This document shows, one piece after another, positions 8,587 through 11,932 of a stretch of DNA of 11,932 nucleotides; position 1 is the first letter of the stretch, and every line of letters starts with the position of its first letter. This DNA is from Paramicrosporidium saccamoebae KSL3 (taxonomy: Eukaryota; Fungi; Cryptomycota): assembly GCA_002794465.1 (NCBI GenBank), contig MTSL01000176.1:1-11932 (forward strand), written 5' to 3'. A program made the position numbers and the translations under genes. The notes under the pieces were generated by a model that saw nothing but the letters and a program-made list of their open reading frames with translations, made no database searches and had not been told where the DNA came from.

Positions 8587-10761
8587 TTATCGGGCCTTGC
8601 GTTTGGCTCCAATGTACAGCGCAATAAAACCGGCTGTCCATAGAAATGCAAAGATTGTAGCCAGAAACACTATGTTGACTCCTGGCGGGAAGGTATCGGC
8701 AAATGAGAGCTCATCAATGGCCCGTTGGCCTTCACATCGTTCATTGGCAGGATTGCAGTTGGGAAAGGTGCGGGAGAATTCCGTCTGCAGCATTCCGGAA
8801 AATGCATAGTAGATTGGGGAGATGTACTTGAGCCAGTTCAAGTAGGTAGGCAGTTGCGCAACAAAAATACCACTGACAATTAAGAGGGGAAGGATGCAGA
8901 GTGGTGCTATCGTCAGAGCAATATTAAGATCGTCCACAAGACTGACAATCAGCGTACCGTAAGCATTGCCACAGAGAGCACCAAAGGCAGCAAGTGTCGC
9001 CACCATCAGGTAATCGCTAAAGGCGGGATTGAGACCGATCATGTAGTAGCAAATGATTACTAGAAGGAAGGGTCCAATAATTTGTCCTGGAACCTCGACC
9101 AGTGTCTTGCTCATGTAGTAAGCCGCCACAGTGTAGTATCCTCCCTGATACTCGCGATAGAAAACTGGCTTTTCCACACCAAAGATGGACAAGATCTGCG
9201 TGGACGCCGCAAAAAAGACATTGGTGGCAATGAAGAAGAGAGCACCAGATTTGTTGCGAATCTGGACAGAGACTGGGTACTGATTCGTATCAAGATAGAC
9301 AAGACCAATGATCACACCCAAAAAGATGGACTGGAACAGTCTTGAGCCAAGGAGCATCCGATTACGAAGAAAATTCAGTCCCGCTCGCTTGAAGAGGTAT
9401 TTAAACTGAGTTAGCAACGGAGCCCGTTGCCGAAGGGCACTATATGCGACACCCTTTACCTCGAGATCCTTGCAGTATTTTCCAAGCTCTTCATTCTCGG
9501 GAGAAGCTAACCAGGTGGCTAGCATGTTTTCAATTCGCTTATCACAGACTTCTTGGGCCGTCTTATGCTCTTCATCGGCAGCCGGACTTGCCCTCGCCGG
9601 CTGGGTGGCCTCTACTTGGCCAGTACCAGCAGCATTGATTTCACTAAGTGAATCGGCCTGGACCGGCTCCCGGTTAGAGGAGAGAGGAGCAAGCACATCC
9701 ATAGCCTCTTCCTTATGCTCATCTTCACCATCATCGTCTTCTTGAATGGATCCAAATTCTCTCAAAACCTGCATAAAAATGTAATCGGGGGGATTGCTAT
9801 ATTGTGGGCATTGGTAGCCGTTTCGCGCAAAATAATCTACCGTTTTATCTGCAGGCCCAAAATACGCGACTCGACCACGACTTAGAATGAGCAAATCGTC
9901 AATTAGCCCAAAAATTTCGCTGGACGGCTGATGGATGGTGGCCACTACGGTTCTGCCTAGCTTTGCCAGCCTTGAAAGTGAGAGAATCACCGTGAATGCA
10001 GTAAATGTGTCTAGTCCCGTGGTTGGTTCGTCGAGGAAGAGCATTCCTGGATTGACGACCATTTCCATTCCGATGGCCGTTCGTTTCCGCTCACCTCCAG
10101 AGATTCCCTTTTGGAGGGGAGATCCGATTCGTGTGTCTCTTGCCTTGTCCAAATGCAAAATGCCTATGATATCTTCCACTCTACGCTTTCTCTCCTCCTT
10201 GCTCACTGATTTTGGGGTACGTAGGAGCGCCGACATTGCAATAGACTCATAAACGGTCATTGTTGGGAGCAATACGTCATCTTGAAATACAAACCCACTA
10301 ATTTCCTTCAACATACTGCCTGTGTAAGGCTCGCCATTAACAAATACACTGCCCTCAATTTTGCCGGTTTTGGTATTTCCTGCTAACACGGAGAGCAAGG
10401 TCGTCTTTCCTGCGCCAGAGCTGCCCATTACTGCAGTCAGCCTGCCGGGACGAAATGCTCCAGTGAGTCCACACAAGAGTTTTCTCTCTTTGGCACCGTC
10501 AGGACCACGATGTTTTTTGGCCAAAGGAACGGTATATTCCAGGTCCCGGAAAACCAGTTCAAGCTGGGTTGACCTTGCAAATGAGGAGGCGTGGATGTTT
10601 TCCTCATCATTAGTCGCCTCAGGGCGAGCAATTTGGTCGTCTGCCACTTCGGGGGGATTATCTTCATCGTGTGGCGCTCTGAAGCGAACGCTTCCACTAC
10701 TTGGCAATTCTGAACTTTTGGGAATCAGGTCATCCGTCTCTGTTTGTGGGCTTTTAGGCAT
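8587..10761 (-). CDS. Half-size ABCG (White/ABCG2-like) transporter B, tandem paralogue of A, 724 aa, intronless
   Basis: Walker A GSSGAGKTT, FVFQDD, signature ISGGERKR, Walker B MLFLDEPTTGLD, TIHQP, CPQYSNPPD, VFYREY and about six TM helices. Collinear with paralogue A throughout. Confidence 0.96.
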   Translation of the reverse strand: MPKSPQTETDDLIPKSSELPSSGSVRFRAPHDEDNPPEVADDQIARPEATNDEENIHASSFARSTQLELVFRDLEYTVPLAKKHRGPDGAKERKLLCGLTGAFRPGRLTAVMGSSGAGKTTLLSVLAGNTKTGKIEGSVFVNGEPYTGSMLKEISGFVFQDDVLLPTMTVYESIAMSALLRTPKSVSKEERKRRVEDIIGILHLDKARDTRIGSPLQKGISGGERKRTAIGMEMVVNPGMLFLDEPTTGLDTFTAFTVILSLSRLAKLGRTVVATIHQPSSEIFGLIDDLLILSRGRVAYFGPADKTVDYFARNGYQCPQYSNPPDYIFMQVLREFGSIQEDDDGEDEHKEEAMDVLAPLSSNREPVQADSLSEINAAGTGQVEATQPARASPAADEEHKTAQEVCDKRIENMLATWLASPENEELGKYCKDLEVKGVAYSALRQRAPLLTQFKYLFKRAGLNFLRNRMLLGSRLFQSIFLGVIIGLVYLDTNQYPVSVQIRNKSGALFFIATNVFFAASTQILSIFGVEKPVFYREYQGGYYTVAAYYMSKTLVEVPGQIIGPFLLVIICYYMIGLNPAFSDYLMVATLAAFGALCGNAYGTLIVSLVDDLNIALTIAPLCILPLLIVSGIFVAQLPTYLNWLKYISPIYYAFSGMLQTEFSRTFPNCNPANERCEGQRAIDELSFADTFPPGVNIVFLATIFAFLWTAGFIALYIGAKRKAR

Positions 10762-10972
10762 TTTCAGGCCATTGTTTGTTAGACGTGCGTGCTTTCTATA
10801 GGATATCCCATTGGAGCAATGTCCAGATTGCCAAGTGGTAACATTTATCCAATTGCAGATTATTGTCTTTCGCTAAAATAATAGTGCCCACATACAGGCG
10901 AAGCGCATTGTAAATGAGGGATGGGACGTCTATTGAAGGAAATTCATATCTGGGCCAATAGAGAAGGAGGGG

Positions 10973-11398
10973 ATGACTGAGCCATCCTCCGCAAGTCCGA
11001 CGAAGAATTCAGATGTTTACCATGTAATCCATCCACAAATATCCTGACTCTAGGTAACAGTATTGAACGCTCAGGATGAGCAACTAGACTCTGTATTGGG
11101 CACAATTCAGAATATTAAACATCAAGCCGTCACTATCGGACAAGAGTTGAACGAGCAGGCAGTGTAAGGAATTACGACCATAGCTGACTGCCTAGATTGC
11201 TGGACGACATGAGCAAAAACATGGATGATACTGAGAGTAAAATGCAATCTGCAGTTCGGAGAGTTAATGAGTTCTATCAGACTGCCACTGGTAAAAGGTG
11301 TTTGATGTAATGATTGTTTAGACAAAAGGTACAATTGGACTCTGGGGGCGTTGGTGGTCATGCTTGTGATTCTACTAATAGTCCTGTCGTGTCTGTAA
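10973..11398 (+). CDS. TLG1: Tlg1/syntaxin-6-type Qc-SNARE, 110 aa, absent from the ORF track; exons 10973-11023, 11054-11163, 11196-11290, 11322-11398
   Basis: Manual splicing of 30-, 32- and 31-nt introns gives MTEPSSASPTKNSDVYH-VTVLNAQDEQLDSVLGTIQNIKHQAVTIGQELNEQAV-LLDDMSKNMDDTESKMQSAVRRVNEFYQTAT-DKRYNWTLGALVVMLVILLIVLSCL*. This is a SNARE motif with central Gln plus a C-terminal TM anchor. QDEQL..IG.EL.EQAV resembles syntaxin-6 more than Bet1 or Syn8; the subfamily is less certain than the SNARE call. Confidence 0.85.
11024..11053 (+). other. Spliceosomal intron, 30 nt (SNARE intron 1)
   Basis: GTAATC..CTGAC..TAG; contains an in-frame TGA. Confidence 0.78.
11164..11195 (+). other. Spliceosomal intron, 32 nt (SNARE intron 2)
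   Basis: GTAAGG..CTGAC..TAG; gives EQA-V-LLDD. Confidence 0.9.
11291..11321 (+). other. Spliceosomal intron, 31 nt (SNARE intron 3)
   Basis: GTAAAA..GTAAT/TGAT..TAG; joins the SNARE motif to the TM exon. Confidence 0.88.
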
Positions 11399-11402
11399 TA
11401 AA
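11397..11402 (+). terminator. Putative polyadenylation signal AATAAA overlapping the SNARE stop codon
   Basis: CTG TAA TAA AAT. Confidence 0.5.
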
Positions 11403-11677
11403 ATAGAGTGTATATCCGCTAGCCACTATCCTTTGTAAGCTGCAAAGCGGACGTGAAGAGGTTGCTTTGATATACTAGTGTGACGTAGAGGCAGAGGGTT
11501 GATTAGTTGGGTATTTGAGTGCTAGAGTGGATCGCTTTGCTGGGTATCTCAGGACAGCGAGATGTGTATCCATACTATTTATCCCCACTACGCGACACTA
11601 GGATACTGCTTACGTACTGTGGAACTGTTGGTCGCTGCATAAACTAACGTTTGGTATTTTATAGCGCGCTCAGCTGG

Positions 11678-11932
11678 CTACTTTCCTTTGTAAACTGGTG
11701 TCCGGCCCTCTTTAAACGCCAGTAAGCCTTCCATCCTGTCTTCAGTGGGAATCAGGTTGGCATAGCATAACTTTTCAATCGCTAGACCAGTGGCCAGATC
11801 GGTCCGGATTCCCTTATCAATGGCCATTTTGGCAAATTTCACAGCCAAAGGACCTAACCGTCAAAGGCCAGCAAACAGTTACCATTGTCACAGATCTTTG
11901 ATGCTATCTGCATAGAGTGAGCAAATGCAGTC
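11678..11932 (-). CDS. AUH: C-terminal part of a methylglutaconyl-CoA hydratase (AUH-like, crotonase superfamily); 5' part outside the window; exons 11883-11932 (partial) and 11678-11853
   Basis: Spliced translation [16 protein letters not shown]|[58 protein letters not shown] closely resembles the AUH C-terminus as I recall it (GP.A...AK.AI..G...[29 protein letters not shown]). Confidence 0.88.
11854..11882 (-). other. Spliceosomal intron, 29 nt (AUH)
   Basis: GTAACT..TTGAC..TAG; gives CDN-G-PLAV. Confidence 0.9.

Noticed and set aside
8399-9612. Hexapeptide QPARAS in both the ABCG-A N-terminus and the ABCG-B linker
   Set aside because: Non-homologous positions, different codons and low-complexity context; treated as coincidence.
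6514-10801. Many 65-146 aa ORFs antisense to or nested in the two ABCG genes
   Set aside because: Their mutual similarity (e.g. 7721-8005 versus 9935-10252) just mirrors the conserved NBD on the other strand.
11122-11361. 79-aa minus-strand ORF in the track
   Set aside because: Antisense to the spliced SNARE gene, which is far better supported.
11490-11515. GGGTTGATTAGTTGGG resembling a telomeric repeat or telomerase template
   Set aside because: No exact TTAGGG/TAACCCTAA register and no tandem repetition.
1-11932. Prokaryotic systems, CRISPR arrays, transposons, rRNA/tRNA
   Set aside because: None seen. Spliceosomal introns and eukaryote-specific genes (eRF3, TRAPP, SNARE) show this is nuclear eukaryotic DNA.

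Overview
Gene-dense eukaryotic (fungal-like) DNA; no mobile element, rRNA, tRNA or CRISPR was recognised. In order: eRF3/SUP35 (-); an unresolved small membrane-protein ORF (-); a 330-aa disordered orphan (+); TMEM209-like (-, 1 intron); a secreted AA11-type LPMO (-, 2 introns); TRAPPC2L/Tca17 (+, 2 introns); two tandem intronless half-size ABCG transporters (-); a Tlg1/syntaxin-6-type Qc-SNARE missed by the ORF track (+, 3 introns); and the 3' end of an AUH-like methylglutaconyl-CoA hydratase (-, 1 intron, runs off the window). All nine introns I reconstructed by hand are 29-34 nt, start GTA and end TAG (8) or AAG (1). Convergent stop codons lie as close as 7 nt, AATAAA overlaps or abuts several stop codons, and GGG runs sit just upstream of most start codons. 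eRF3 and the SNARE both appear to lack their usual N-terminal domains. By inference this fits a compact early-diverging fungal relative (Rozellomycota / Paramicrosporidium-like) on the way to microsporidian-type reduction; the taxon is not proven. The most speculative lead is the contiguous LPMO-TRAPPC2L-ABCG-ABCG-Tlg1 block as a wall/secretion neighbourhood.
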